The notes under the pieces were generated by a model. The model was not told the DNA's origin. It searched no databases and saw nothing but the letters and a program-made list of their open reading frames with translations. A DNA stretch of 63,349 bases, filler included, from Hausera hauseri (lineage: Eukaryota): assembly GCA_046269625.1 (NCBI GenBank). It is 11 parts of 11 records of this genome, joined end to end, with 100 filler letters (N's around TTAATTAATTAA, not from the genome) between each part and the next. Parts side by side here need not be neighbours in the genome. Positions count along the whole stretch, not along the records: positions 23,877 to 32,122 come from JBJURY010716547.1; positions 32,223 to 36,289 come from JBJURY010783313.1; positions 36,390 to 42,621 come from JBJURY010122207.1; 8 more parts are not named here. One strand, given 5' to 3'. The translations under genes were made by a program, and so were the position numbers. How positions within the stretch are numbered: position 1 is the first letter of the stretch; each line of letters begins with the position of its first letter. Below are positions 27,386 to 40,977 of this stretch, in pieces.

Positions 27386-27489
27386 GGATCAACCATAATT
27401 TTTATTTTGAAATTCAAGAAAAACTATCGATAAAAAATCAATTGTACAATATAAACAATAATATTACAAAGCTACGATCAAAGACAAAT

Positions 27490-27605
27490 GCAACCATTTT
27501 CAATTCAACCATTTTACACCAAATACGAATTGACTTTACATCAACAAACAATTTACAAATTGCACCTGCTACTACTCAAGCTGTTTCACCATCATCACCG
27601 AATCT
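27490..27605 (+). repeat. ~115-bp direct duplicate of Gypsy sequence at ~28352-28467
   Basis: accattttcaattc...catcatcaccgaatct is present twice, nearly identical. Confidence 0.9.
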
Positions 27606-27779
27606 TGTTGGGAGAGAACATTGTAAAAGTGTGAAATGACGTAAATTTTGACTTGAGACGAACTGCACTACCTGTTATAAGAGAACACTGTAAAAGTGTG
27701 AAATGAAGTAAATTTTGATTTGTAACCGCCAAACGACTGATCAATTTTGAGCAATTCTTTTTCTCTCGAACAGCGTTTT

Positions 27780-30373
27780 TGAAAAATCAAAATCCTCGTA
27801 TACTGCTGCATTTTTTGACTTGGGGACACGATTCGCACTCGCGACCGCGTCACCACACCGTTGATTTCCTCATTGGTACAGGTGCAGCGATTTCCTTATT
27901 GCCACAAACTTTTTCTGTACAAAATTCACCATTCAAAATCAATTCCTTATACACTGCTTCTAGTCAACCGCTGCACATTTCTGGCATGGCTAAACTATCT
28001 TTTATCTCACCAAAATTTCCTTCACCTTTCCACTGGACGTTTACATTTGCTAATGTCCAGACGGCAATTCTAGGTTCTGACTTTTTATCGAATCAATTTA
28101 TTGCTTGACTGCAGTCAACGATGTCTGAGGAGTGGCACCACTGGCAGCGTTAGTGAGCACATAAATAGCATCTCGACTACCGCGCAGTCGATCGAGACGC
28201 GGCGATCAATTTTAAGAAAATTAAAAGCTAATTCGAATTTCCGTAACGATATTTCATTTTTTAAATCATAATATTGATATTCAGTCGATGTTTGATGTTA
28301 ATTGTGGTATTGTCACCAACGTTAATTCATTCGACGAAATCACTTCATCCAAAACCATTTTCAATTCGACCATTTTACACCAAATACGAATTGACTTTAC
28401 ATCAGCAAACAATTTACAAATTGCACCCGCTACTACTCAAGCTGTTTCACCATCATCACCGAATCTCTCTGTTGCCTGCAAGTTTGCAGCAATTCGTCAA
28501 CACATCATGTCCACAAGTACTTAAAAAAGATAGTACATTTACTCCGGCAAACAGCACTTTACATCACAATTACAGCATCAACGGCCAATACGCCAAAAGG
28601 TGCGACCACTGTCACCTCGTCGTTGGCAGGCCGTGGAAGCCGCATTTCTTGAACTAGAACGCTCCGGCATTGTACGCCGTTCCAGATCTCCTTGGTCGTC
28701 ACCTCTACATGCCGTAAAAAAGGATGGAACTTTTAGACCATGCGGTGATTACCGACAGTTAAACAACTTGACAATCATGGATGCGTACCCCTTACCACTC
28801 ATCAAGGACATCCTGCATCGCCTTAATTCAACTACCATTTATTCAACCATCGATTTGGCCAAAGCATATCACCAAATACCGGTGTCACCTGAAGACATAG
28901 AAAAAACTGCTGTCACTACTCCTTTTGGTCTCTACGAGTACCTGTTTATGCCATTCGATTTGCGAAATGCCGCACAGACTTTCAGCGACACATTGATTCA
29001 ATTCTTAGATTTCCCGTTTGCGCACCCTTCCATTGATGATATTCTGGTCGTTTCGTCTTCAGCCAAACAACATGACGAATATCTTCGCGCAATATCCCAA
29101 CGCCTTAGTCACTATAATCTCCAAGTCAATTTTGACAAATGACATTTCAAAAAGCTCATCAATTTTTTGGGCCACGTTATTCCACAATATGGTCATTCCC
29201 CAACTACACCGGGTTGAAGCTCTTAAGAATATCCAGTTACCATGTACGACCACTGAAATGCGCAACTTTCTTGGTACACTACACTGTGCATAAATATGTA
29301 CCATATTGCTCCGAATTGACAGCACTCTTGCACACTTAAGCGGTGGCAAAAAACATCAGCCAATCCGGTGGACACATGAGTTAGTAGACAAATTTGATAA
29401 GCTGCGCGAAGGAATTAAGACCGTCAACATTCTCGCTTTCCTCAAGCCTGATGCAGAACTCATCCTTACTACAGACGTTTCAACCACTGCGGTAGGTGCT
29501 GTACTCCACCAGATCTACAAAGGAGAAAATCAACCGTTAGAATTTTTCTCTCGTAAGGTAACATCTTCTGAAACTAGATACTCAACGTTCGATTGGGAAT
29601 TATTGGCCATCGTTCTCGCTTTAAAACATTTCTCCCACCTACTTGTCGCTCGCCATTTTACCATACATACCGATCACAAACCCTTACTTAACATCATGGC
29701 TATGAAACACCTTCCACACGCCAAGAACGACAGATATCATACTTATTGACATTTAACTTCGACATAAAACATTAATGTGGTTAATAATTTGGTTGCCGAT
29801 TTTTTATCTAGGTCTGTTAGTTTGATTAGTTTTTCACTAATATTCACTCAAGTACAACTTCAGCAGAACCAGCCACCTCAGGACATGCCTAATTCTTTCA
29901 AGTCTTGCAAAATTGTTGATGGTGTGGCTTTAGACACTTCCAAACCAGGTCATTTCGTAATAATTCTTGTACCATCGTTGCAAAGGCAAGCATTTCACAG
30001 TGTGCATTCGTTACACCACCCCGGTGCTAAAGCCACTTTTCGTTTACTCCACCGACACATAATGTGGCCGTCAATGCGTTTTGATGTGCAAGCATGGATT
30101 AAAGAGTGCGTGGCTTGCCAAAAATACAAAACAGCAAAGCATTTAAATCCACCACTATTCCACTTCCCCTGCACATCGAGTTTTGAATCCGTGCATATCG
30201 ACATCGTTGGCCCTCTTCCTCCGGACAACGGCCATCAATTTATTCTCACCATGATGGACCGTTCCTTGCGATGGCCAGAAGCCATCCTTCTGCGGAGCAC
30301 AAATACCGATACTATAGCTGACGTTTTCATCCGTACGTGGATTAGCAGGTTTGGATCACTTCGATTCATCATT
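27780..30373 (+). mobile_element. Ty3/Gypsy pol (PR-RT-RH-IN), degraded
   Basis: FLIGTGAAISLLP; SPWSSPLH..KKDGTFRPCGDYRQLN..SIDDILV; LTTDVSTTAVGAVL..TDHKPL; HSLHHPG..C..C, VHIDIVGPLP. Confidence 0.95.
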
Positions 30374-30823
30374 GGCCAATTTTGGTTGGGCGCGGCCGCG
30401 TGGCCGTTATCGCCGCGTCGGATCCATAGTCGGGCCCGATCTTTCGCCTCGAGAATTTCGCCTGCCGAATTGGTCGACGGATTACGAGAGGAACTGTCAG
30501 CAAAACAGTGTTTTCAATTTAGGATATGTTTAGAAATCGCTAGTGGTTAGAAGCAGCTCATTCGCAACATATGTAGCACCGACGATCGTAGCAGGTGATA
30601 TCCCTGGTCCAATTTCTCAGCTTTATTGGTCGATCCGTCAACAAGACGTTCCGACAATACCGAGTTTTATTATCAATAACAAATGTCCAAACTCGTCAAA
30701 AAACCGTATGATCCAAATCAAAGCAGTAGTGCGTCAAATTCGGATACAGTAAATGGCGAATCAAAATGAATTTAAATTGCCTGTAATTAGCAAATTTTGT
30801 GCCAAATGTTGCTTGTAAAATAA

Positions 30824-31200
30824 ATGAATTTTGACATCGATGAGAAAAAGGCGCGAAGACAACGAACTTCCATGTCAAAAGACATTTCCAACGTCGTCAA
30901 ACAAATGCACATCCATTCATTCAAGCCACAGGATATTTTCAACGTTGTTGAGTTGTCCATGTCAACAATTTACCGCATTTTATACAAATTAGACAAAACC
31001 AACAACAATTCATCATTCGAAGAATTCTACCAGAAATTGGGACGGAAACCGGCGGATTATTCCGACGACATGAAGGCAATTGAAAATATTGAGTGAAGAT
31101 TCGACACAGACTCGAACGGCAGTTCGTGAACATTTCATTCGACAAGGCTTGCATTATTCCAAATCGACCATTTGTCGGTTGTTTAAGAATGCGGCATTAA
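30824..31200 (+). mobile_element. Tc1/IS630-like transposase N-terminal HTH fragment
   Basis: FKPQDIFNVVELSMSTIYRIL...KLGRKP, then SKSTICRLFK; no DDE domain seen. Confidence 0.5.
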
Positions 31201-32408
31201 AATGAATAACGACAAGATATCATTTGACAAATGTACATCGATAATGAATAAATTGAAACAGTCTCAGAAACAGAAAATGTCGGAAATTACTGAAATTCTA
31301 GTGAAATCGATTATGCAATATTTTGGATGTAATTCTGAATTTGTGTAGTGTTGTATTAGACGAGTTGAAAAGTTGCTGCTATCTATACATACAGCTGCGC
31401 TTCAGGTTAATTGTAAATATGCATAGTTTCTTGTAGCATAAATAGAAAATTTGTACACTTTTATGTTCATTCTTTTGTCAAAACGTTTTCACATGAAATT
31501 TGTTGAATATTTTTATTAATGCATATTGTTAATTTAATTGATTTCATTAGTTTGATTGAATTCAAGATACGAGATTGTTAACATTATCAATTTTGCTTTT
31601 GGTATAACGGACTCTTAGAATTCAGATGACATTTGACTCTTCTTTCGTGATATTTATGTACTAATATTTTTTGTTAAATGATGTTTTCTCTTTTATGGAC
31701 TAATTTTATGATATCCACAGTACGACAAAAGATTTTGAATATTGGTTCATTTTAAGGAATAATTTTCATATTTTTTGTGATGTTATGGTGTTTTATGGAA
31801 TAATTGTATATAGCTTAAAAATTGTTTTACTGAGGTAAAAATAAAAAATTTGAATTTTGTTGTTTCGATTTCAATTTGCATTTTGTTTTAAAAAAATTTT
31901 ATCTGCTTACATATGAGTGGATTTAGAAGTTCCGTATGTGATCCTATTTTAATTATTTCTCAGATTTTATGCATGCAATTCATTTATTAAGTGTCAATTT
32001 GTACAGTAACGGCAATTTTCGATTAATTATTCGGCTATCAAATTCAACTTGACCTAATGTTTTTAGTGACCGAATTTAAAATCAAAAGGGGAGTTATACT
32101 TGCGGCAAGTTTATTCGGAGTTNNNNNNNNNNNNNNNNNNNNNNNNNNNNNNNNNNNNNNNNNNNNTTAATTAATTAANNNNNNNNNNNNNNNNNNNNNN
32201 NNNNNNNNNNNNNNNNNNNNNNAAATACCACGGTAGTTTTGCATTAATTTACAAACAGTGTGTTTTACCATTTTAACTGGGACCTACTATCTGGAAAATT
32301 GCATCATTCTGCAGCTTCATGGCAACAAGACACCTTTCCTCACATGTTTTGTTTATATTCACACCATCAACATATAAATATTGCTACAATATGAACACTG
32401 TTTCCATA

Positions 32409-32866
32409 ATGTTAGCCAATATCAACTATCGCGTACATGTTATAAAATGTATTGACGCATTACCGTTTAATAAATGGAAACCGAGGCAGTATGTCCACTT
32501 TATTTTACGTGCATCGTATTTCAGTCGGGAAAATGTCGTATTATGGGTTGTCTCAAACCAATCACAAGTGACAGTAAACTACCATTCGGAATTGGCATTC
32601 ACCAAATTTAGTCAATAACGGTAACGACTCCGTTAAATTTCCATCAGTCTATTAATCTGTATAAATTAACAATGGCTACTGAATATATTTATGAGACCGA
32701 ACTGTTTCCTGCATTGAGATTAACAATATTCCGTCCACTTTATGTCAGTATGTTTAGCAGTGGAAACACTGTTATACGCGGTATTCGGACAATGTACTAT
32801 GAAACGACTGTTGATCAAATTAAAAACCACATAAACGTTTTAGTGAATCAAAATAATTTTCTCTAA
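32409..32866 (+). pseudogene. Divergent TATA-binding-protein-like gene (one frameshift, one stop)
   Basis: MLANINYRV...CIVFQSGKCRIMG...IHQI*SITVT..INLYKL..YIYETELFPALRL..PLYVSMFSSGNTVIRG; both TBP half-repeats (IFxSGK..G and YEPELFP) are recognisable. Confidence 0.7.
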
Positions 32867-32917
32867 AAAGCGAACTAAAAATACCACTACCACGTTCGTT
32901 CAAATATTTCTACTACT

Positions 32918-33515
32918 ATGGAAGACGACGATAAAACGATACTACTCAGTGGTGACCATGAAGATGAAAGTTTAGATTGGTCATGTTTGTTTGGTGGTGA
33001 GAAAGACAATGTCGAACTTCTGGAACCGAAAACAGAATCCTTTCAGCAATCAGCAAAACCGTTAATAAAACGGCAAGTGAGAATGATTGATAGTGGAATA
33101 CGCAAACGAAAATTAAAGCCGGCGGCTCGTCAAACACCCGCATTTTTACCAAAACGACTTTTTCGAAAGTCTGAAATGCAGTTTTGCAAACGCCCGTACA
33201 GGTTTCGTTGAATGATCCGTTATCGTGGAACGCAACCATGTACAGTTATCATGTAAAAAGCTGTCACGTAAAAATTTGGATAAACTCACTGATGCTTTAC
33301 ATCAATTAAACGTCGATTTAAAGTTGAATGAAAAAACCGTACAACAACAATGTGTCGTTTTACCAGCCGTAAAAACTAAATTGTTTGATTTTATCGGTCG
33401 AAAAATGCCTAATGTGTCTAATGATTTACAGTGTCGACTGAACATTAAATTGCAAGGATATAGAGAAAAAGATGGTGTCAAAAGCCAGATTTGGCGTATA
33501 GCTGAAACATTTTAA
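32918..33515 (+). CDS. Hypothetical protein (split over ORFs 32918-33211 and 33225-33515), associated with the pPolB element
   Basis: C-terminus LNIKLQGYREKDGVKSQIWRI is homologous to that of 56059-56268. Confidence 0.55.
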
Positions 33516-33565
33516 TTATAAGTAAATGTTGTGGCTGTTTTACTCTTTCTCTTTCTTGAACCCAG

Positions 33566-33816
33566 TTAGCGAGTATAAATATACGTTGATGTTATCGGCA
33601 CATCTTGCAAACCATTTGCCAGCTTTGCCAATGATTCATTCCGAAATTGCAATGAATCGATGAAGCGTACATGGAAACGGTTAATACGAGCAGACAGGGA
33701 TAGGTATTTCTCCATCGTAGTCGGAATTGCAGATAGTTCCCAGTGTTGGAATCCGTTTATTGCCCATTTTAAAATATGCTGACGATTATAACCCTTGAAA
33801 TTATGAAAGATCACCG
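33566..33816 (-). pseudogene. Protein-primed family B DNA polymerase fragment (exonuclease II region)
   Basis: IFHNFKGYN..IPTTMEKYLS..RFIDSLQF..SLAKL, clearly homologous to the other two copies. Confidence 0.9.
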
Positions 33817-33849
33817 ATAGATAAAAACAAGAAAATTTTCATGTCATAA

Positions 33850-34196
33850 AATTCTACTTGCTCAATCTCTTTTTACTGATGGAATTCACTGCTTTCAGAA
33901 GAACTTTGAGATACAATTTTCCGCAAGTTCCTGCATAAATATGGTCGACTGGGACAACATTGAATTTAATTCTCTGCCACTTCTGTACGATGTTACCTCA
34001 GAAATCATTGCCAGCAATACCGAAACCATACTTCCTGATTATCTCTGTCATTCTCAAGACGTGGAAAGAAATATCAAAGACGTCTCAGCAGTTTGCAAGA
34101 ATTGTGGAACACGAATCGCGCCATGGTGTTATTATCCAGACGAAAAACTCTAGAATGGAACTACCAATCATTGAAACAAAAGCTGATTTCCTGTGA
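33850..34196 (+). mobile_element. hAT-like transposase C-terminal fragment
   Basis: MVDW..PLL..LCHSQDVERNIKDVS..ESRHGVI resembles the CHTQAVERxVKxV dimerisation-type motif. Confidence 0.45.
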
Positions 34197-36719
34197 CATT
34201 AGAATATATACAGAGACATGTTGTTTAAAAGAGATTTTGGCTATATTATAAAAGGGAAATTAGTCTAGTTGAAATACTAACAATTTAAATGGAATACTAA
34301 TAGTTGTACCAAATTACAATTAAAGTTGATAAAATAACATTAAGTGCATCAAATATCTCTTTATTTCGTATTCTTTCCTTCCATATGCATCAATAATTTA
34401 TGCATGTATCGAAGTTAAAATAGAAACTTTGTTAAGATTTGCCCTATCCTAATATGCACATATACATTTCAGTAATACTAGCAACATCCTCAGTAATTGT
34501 CTAACTAAAACAAGATATTCATTGTGTAGGGTAAATATGTAGGTTCTCCACCAACCCTTCCCCCGGGGGTACCATAACCCTGAAACATTGGTTTATCGAT
34601 TCGAAACCGTCGTAATGGTAACAGATAACTGGAGACTGTTGGCATGACGACAGCTTCCATAGAAACCGATAATCCATTAAGCGTAAAAATCAATAAACTA
34701 ACGAGAAATCTATAATGTGCCAATCAATAAGCTGATCAGGTGAAAGTGCAAATCGATAGTGCTAATGTGTGCGCATCGATCTGTGCACTTGGTACATTCG
34801 GTTCACCAATCAAAATTCGCAAAAATCAATAATATTCATTTTCCGACTATTCCAATATCGATAATTCGAACTTGAAAACAAGTCAAATCGATCAAGAAAA
34901 CAGTAATCTATCTAACTACTCAAACCATTCTTAAATCTGTCAATTAGTTATCGAATAATATCGATTCGAAATTTGGTGGTTTCAAAGGTACATGGTTTTT
35001 TCTGATCCAATGAAGCAAAAATCGAAAAATCTTTAAGCGTAAGCAGATAGGAACCCATATATACATAGTCAAAATCCGGTGTCCGATATCCGAAAACAAG
35101 TTTACCAGTCGAATAATTACCTATTCGAACTCAAAAACTAAACTATGTTATTCTAATCATCTGACCATTCCATTGGATTCCTCATATAGGAAAACCTTAC
35201 TAGAAGGATAATGAGCGCTATGCGATACATGGTTGTCTATTAAATTAACATTATTCATTGACGATACATGTTTGTTTAATTAGCTGAGAAAACTAAAAAT
35301 GCAAATTTTAAGGTGATCAAAGTTAAACTCGTAAAATCTTTAATCGTAAACAGATAGGAAACCATATATGGCAAATCCGATTATGACGTCAGATACTTAA
35401 AAACAAGTTTACCAATATTCGAAAACTGGAATATTCAAAAATCAATAAATTTTAATTAAATATCAATAACTATGAAATTCAAATTTTAATTAAAAATCAA
35501 TAAATCAGGACAGTGCGTGTTGACATTGTTATATTTTTTATTATTTCAGAAATCTTTTCAACATCTAGTGAGTTTTTAATTCTGCGCTCCTGAACTATAC
35601 CTACTTTTAAAATTGCAACTTNNNNNNNNNNAACGATATTTCTGTTACAATTTCAACAGATGCGAATATTTTATATGTCTGACATGTGAGGCAGTTAACA
35701 GAACCAGCTATAACGAATTCTATAATATCCATAAACGGCATCTCTTCTATAAAACGTATAAAAATGAAATCTTTAACAAAAACAAACCCACAATGTCTTT
35801 CACTCCACGAATGTTGAGTTTTTAATCTCCTGAAAATTGACTATATACATATTTATAATTGTAAATGTGATTTGTACATACACTGTACACAAAGTGTGCA
35901 CATTCCTCAGAACTGTCACAACACAATGCAGCGTTATTACGCATACAAGTACAACAGACTGGACTTCTTCATTTATTCGAAATGTGAGATTGTGAGCGGA
36001 TCAGATTACCAACAGTTTTATGATTATTACAAAAAACATTTAAGTGACTTAGCAAACAAGTCGAAGAAGGTGATCTTCAGTGAACATAAAAATGTTATTG
36101 ATATGGGTTGAAATATATGCAGTCATGTAACAACTTCAACGCAACTAGCTCATCATACAAAGGCTAAGAAATCCAGAGAATCATCCATTTAAAACGAATG
36201 TTAGGCGATATGTCATACTTAGGATAGGACAAACAACATTACATGACTTCCTGAAATATTCAAAGGATAAGACTTGGTATTGTAGAAGANNNNNNNNNNN
36301 NNNNNNNNNNNNNNNNNNNNNNNNNNNNNNNNNTTAATTAATTAANNNNNNNNNNNNNNNNNNNNNNNNNNNNNNNNNNNNNNNNNNNNTGAAAGTAGGA
36401 AACTGCAAAGCGAGTAGTTAATGTGATCTAATCAGTTTTGGTATGAACAAGACGTTGAACCTTATTTATATTTTCTTCTCAGCTATATTTGCTAAAGGTA
36501 ACTGTCTTGCTTTGTTTAACGTGTTGTTTGCTTGTCTGTGTCTGTAGTCGGGGTGAAGTTCTATTTTGATTTGCCTTCTCAGCAGGTTGAGAACTGGTTG
36601 GTATGTCGTTTTGTGTTGATGGGGGTCTTAGAGTAGCAGGTTGTCGTGTAGGTAGATTGGCGGAAGAACTGATTGAGTCGAGAAAGGTTTTGTAGACTTA
36701 ACTGAAGATTCCGGTGTGT

Positions 36720-38750
36720 CATTGACAAAGAATGCTGGTTTTACGTTAGTTATGTGTACGTTTTGTTCTTTATCGTTTTTGAGTATAGTAATCGTGTGTG
36801 AGGTAATAAATGAGGACTTTAAATGGCCCTAGATAGTTTGGTTGGAATCCGGGAGGTGAAGGGTTTTTTAGCCACACAAACTTTGCGTTTAATAATGAAT
36901 CAGATAAGTATGTTTTGTCACCGTGTATTATCATGCAGAAGGAATCCTGGCTTAACTGAACGAAGTGATTTTGTGCGGATCGAATAGTTTCGTCAGTTGG
37001 TGTGTTGTCCAAATCGGTAAGTTCTAAGAGTGCACGGATTGTGGTACCGAAAAGTGCTTCGGCAGGTGCGCAACCCGTGGTAGTAGACGGCGTGTTGCGC
37101 CAACTAAGTAATACTAAAGGGAGGATGTTGGTCCAGTTCGTATGTGTTTCAGCTAGAATGTTTAGCGAAATTTTAAGAGTGCGGTGAAACCGCTCCAGTA
37201 AGCCGTTCGACTGGAAATGGTATGGAGTAGTATGAATATGGATTATGCCCAGTCGATTAACCAAGGATTTGAATAGGTTTGATTCAAACTGAGGGCCTTG
37301 ATCTGTGATTATATAGCGTGGTGAACCGAAGCGACTAATCCAGGTTCTTATGAATGCGTCAGCTATGGAGTCTATATTGATGGAGCGCAAAGTAACGGCT
37401 TCTGGTCAACAAGATGCACGGTCCATCATTGTTATTACAAATTGGTGGCCGCACTGCCTAACCCATTTCTGCACGTCAGACCTCATTGATGGCCATGTTA
37501 CGTGACGTTTGAGGAGCCGGAACGTAGCTTTGGAATCTGCACCTACAGTGTACCTGTGGTTTCTACGCGTGTGCCATTGGCAGCTTTGAGCATAGGTCTA
37601 GCGCATGCGCTAGGTATCAGCGATAGAGCTGCACCTGTGTCGATTAAAAAATCGAGCTGTTTCGAGATGTTGGAGTGTAGTAGTTCCACCTCGAGGGTAA
37701 AAATAGCATCGACAATGCGTTTGCTATTTGTATACGGGAGTTGTAATGATTGAGTTTCCAGTCAACGTGCCGTTGGTCGTCTGGGCTCATTTAATTTTTT
37801 GACGGCTTGTGAAATTTGCAGCCAGGTCGACAGACTTTAGCGTCTGGACCGAAATGGTTGTGATAAATGCAAGTGTCTTGCATTTTTATGTTTGCCGATG
37901 GCTTGTCGAATTGACAACCATGGTAACATTTGTAGGCAGATTCGCCAAATCGAGTGTGGAAATGGCAAATTTTGGAAAATTTGCCTTTCTTTCTCTTGGA
38001 GGATTGGCGCCGAGATGACGGTTTGTCTCTGGCTGGCGGATTCTTGTGCGTTACAAGTGCTTGCAATGCGGCAATAATAGTGTCTAGCTGATTTTGCTGG
38101 GTCGTGACGGAATGAATATTTTCCGTCAGTGAGGATTCTACGGTGCCTTTAGTGCACTCGTATATTTTGCCGGCTTTTGATGCCATATCGTCCAAAGTAG
38201 TATCGGGCGGTAATAACACCAATGTCGCTTGAATTTGATTGGGCAAACTACTTAGGAAGTAGCGCTGTAGTATGTGCTGGTTGGTGTGGAGGTCCAACTC
38301 AGCATTGCTCAAGTCTGAGCGTAACTTGTAAAGCAGAGCAGACGGTTTCATATTCTATGTCTGTCGCTTGGTGAAGACCAAGTTGAACTGGTCCTGTTGG
38401 AATGGCAGATATGCTTTGCATATGGCTGCTTTGATTTTGTCGAACAGTTTTTCATCTGACAGTAGTGTGTCCAGATCCGTTATGGCTGCAAGCGTTGTTA
38501 GCTGCAGGTATTAAATGACTGTTAAGGCCTTGTTTCGTTGGCCGGTAATGCTGCATTGAGTAGTCCATGTTTCAGACACATGGAACCACTTATATGGCGT
38601 TCCATCCGAACCTATGAAGAAGGTTGGACATGCTAATTTGGGTGCTTTGGCCTGTGTTTCTGAAGCAGTTTTCGCTTTTTTGTCAGACGTAAGGTTGTCA
38701 ACACCTCCTTTTAGTTTTGGAGTCGCCAGTATGGTGGTATTGTCAATCAA
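36720..38750 (-). mobile_element. Internally deleted Ty3/Gypsy element (gag, protease fused to integrase; RT and RH missing)
   Basis: Gag with KPSALL..FLSSLP and two CxxHxxFGxxAxxC knuckles ending PSKN*; FLIDTGAALSLIP joins at ~37530 to FRLLKRHVTWPSMRSDVQKWVRQC; integrase core WISRFG..TDQGPQFES..NGLLERFHR. Confidence 0.9.
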
Positions 38751-40977
38751 AATTGTATTGATTGCGCAATTATGCTTGCGTAATAATTTTCCATTATAGG
38801 AAAATGTATGCTCTGGATACTGTTAATTTAAAACTTCCATCATTCTCGACATAATTAGGGTTGATGGGAAACGATGAGCATTCGTCTGACGCCAGTTTTG
38901 TACAATGAGTTGTACTTCGTTTGGCGTACAATCGGTCGATGTTGTTTCACCATGGTAAATTTTGCTGTCTATGTTAATCGACTAACGATTGGGTGAATTT
39001 TTAAGTAGCGAATTTTCGCTAGTTGTGTGCTATTTTGGCACGGTTCGTATAATCTGGTTTGTATTCCGATTTAACGGTGTTGACGCGTGTGTTAGTGCTA
39101 AAATATATTGGCACTTGTTCAATATCACGCGTTGTAATTTTCTGGTTGCAGTTGATTTTGGCGATAAAACTGTCAGTGGGTACTACGTGATCATGTTTGG
39201 TGATGTACAAATGTGTGACCGGATTAATTTCGACGGCACTTGTGTGCATTTGAGCCTGATTGCTATCAATGGCTGTGTGAAGTGTTTTAGCCGGATTTAT
39301 TTTAACGGCTGCGTTTGTGTTATAGGGCGTGAATGCGGTAACCGCCGCCACCATTTTAGAGGTTATTGCCTTAGTGAAGGTTGTAGTTCTGTCCCATAGC
39401 ACCGCGTTGACCCAGCGAAAAAATAGAAAGAAAACGAACAAAACATTAAGGAACAAGACTTGATACGAGTCATAACGTTTATTTGTACGAAAATTACCGT
39501 CCACCGAGGCGTACGATTTGTTCGTACTGGATAATGACGGTTCCGTCCTAAGGAGTCGACGAGGTGGAACCAGCTGATTGTCAGAGTCAGAGCTGTACGC
39601 CCTGACCCGCCGAGATTCGGAGATTCTTTGGTTCGGAATCAGCTGGCTCTAGGCAGGAACCAGTGACTCGAACATCTGTGCGGCCGCCGCCATCAGTCTT
39701 ATAAAGACTGGCTGTCTCCGTCGGCATAGAATCTTCAGAGATGTCCGTGAGGGAGGCAATACGGATCGCCCTCGGACAACCAGTGAGGTGTCGTACAAAG
39801 CAGCTTCGTTGTAAGAGTTCTCGCACCGTCATATAATCGAAATATGAATGGCACGGAGCTTGGCGGCTTCTCTGACAATTGGCTCGCCGTGTGGTTCGGC
39901 TCCGGTCATCGGACCGGGTTTGTTCCGTCGGTGCAGTCCGCTCATTACTCTCGTTAACGGCTCCTTTCTATGCTGTTTGATGTACCTTCGGAATGCGGTA
40001 CCCCATCAGCGGAATTGTATCCTTTACGTTTATTGATATATCCGGTTAGTCTGGAACATTTATTCGGCGATCCTTGGTGGATTATCGCATAATTGGCTCA
40101 CCGAGCCTCACGATTGTCTTTATTCTATCCGTGGTCGAATTCTCCTTGGTGCGTGTTCCCAAGGTTTCTGGCATTGTCTTTATTTTTTTGAGATCGTTAT
40201 TCTGTGTGGACATTTTTGAATGTATTTGTTTTTTTACTTTGAATTCACTGTTCAATCCGTAATCTGTGGATTTAAACAAACGTATTAAATCCACAGATCT
40301 TGATTGTTAATTTTTTTATTTTTATAAGTGCTGGTTGCTTCGGCACTCGTGGTCCTAGTTTTATATTTTTGTTTCATAGGCGGACAAATCCGTGATTTAT
40401 TTTGATTTTATTATTTTTCTTTTTCTTGGAAAGAAATTAAAATTCTGTTTTTGATAAAATTTCACGGGAAAAATTTAATTCGTGGGTTTTGTATTTTATT
40501 TGATTGACTCCTTGATATTAATTTTTGAGGTTTTAAATTAGTATTTTTTTGTAAGATAGAACCTTACACACTTTCTACTTCTACTCTTTCGCCTAATACA
40601 AATCCAATCGCTACTTCAATTTCCGTCCCTCATTCTTCATCCGCCACTACGTCTTTTGACAATTCCTTGCCTTCTAACATTAAATGAACTCCCTCAACCG
40701 TCCGTCTTTAACAATTTCTCTTCCTCCTTCACTTTCTTCTTCCCTACTCTCTGACTTGTCATTTCACGACACAACACCCATAACAAAATTTGAAAATTAT
40801 TTTCCCAACTTCAAACTCTGCAAGCCAACATATTGCATACAGACAAAGCGCGCAGAGTGACATTTAGCATGTAAAGCAGGGAAAAATCAGTAGAGGGCAC
40901 CCAACGTCTTCTTCACACTAAGACCAATTGATACAGACATTTTTCTGTTTGGCGTTTTTTTTTCTGTTTTGTTCTTG

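Noticed and set aside
35613-36111. Cys/Tyr-rich short ORFs as viral genes
   Set aside because: Too short and AT-rich to assign without a search
38989-40300. ORFs upstream of the deleted Gypsy as extra genes
   Set aside because: Fragmentary; no motif, LTR or PBS could be identified
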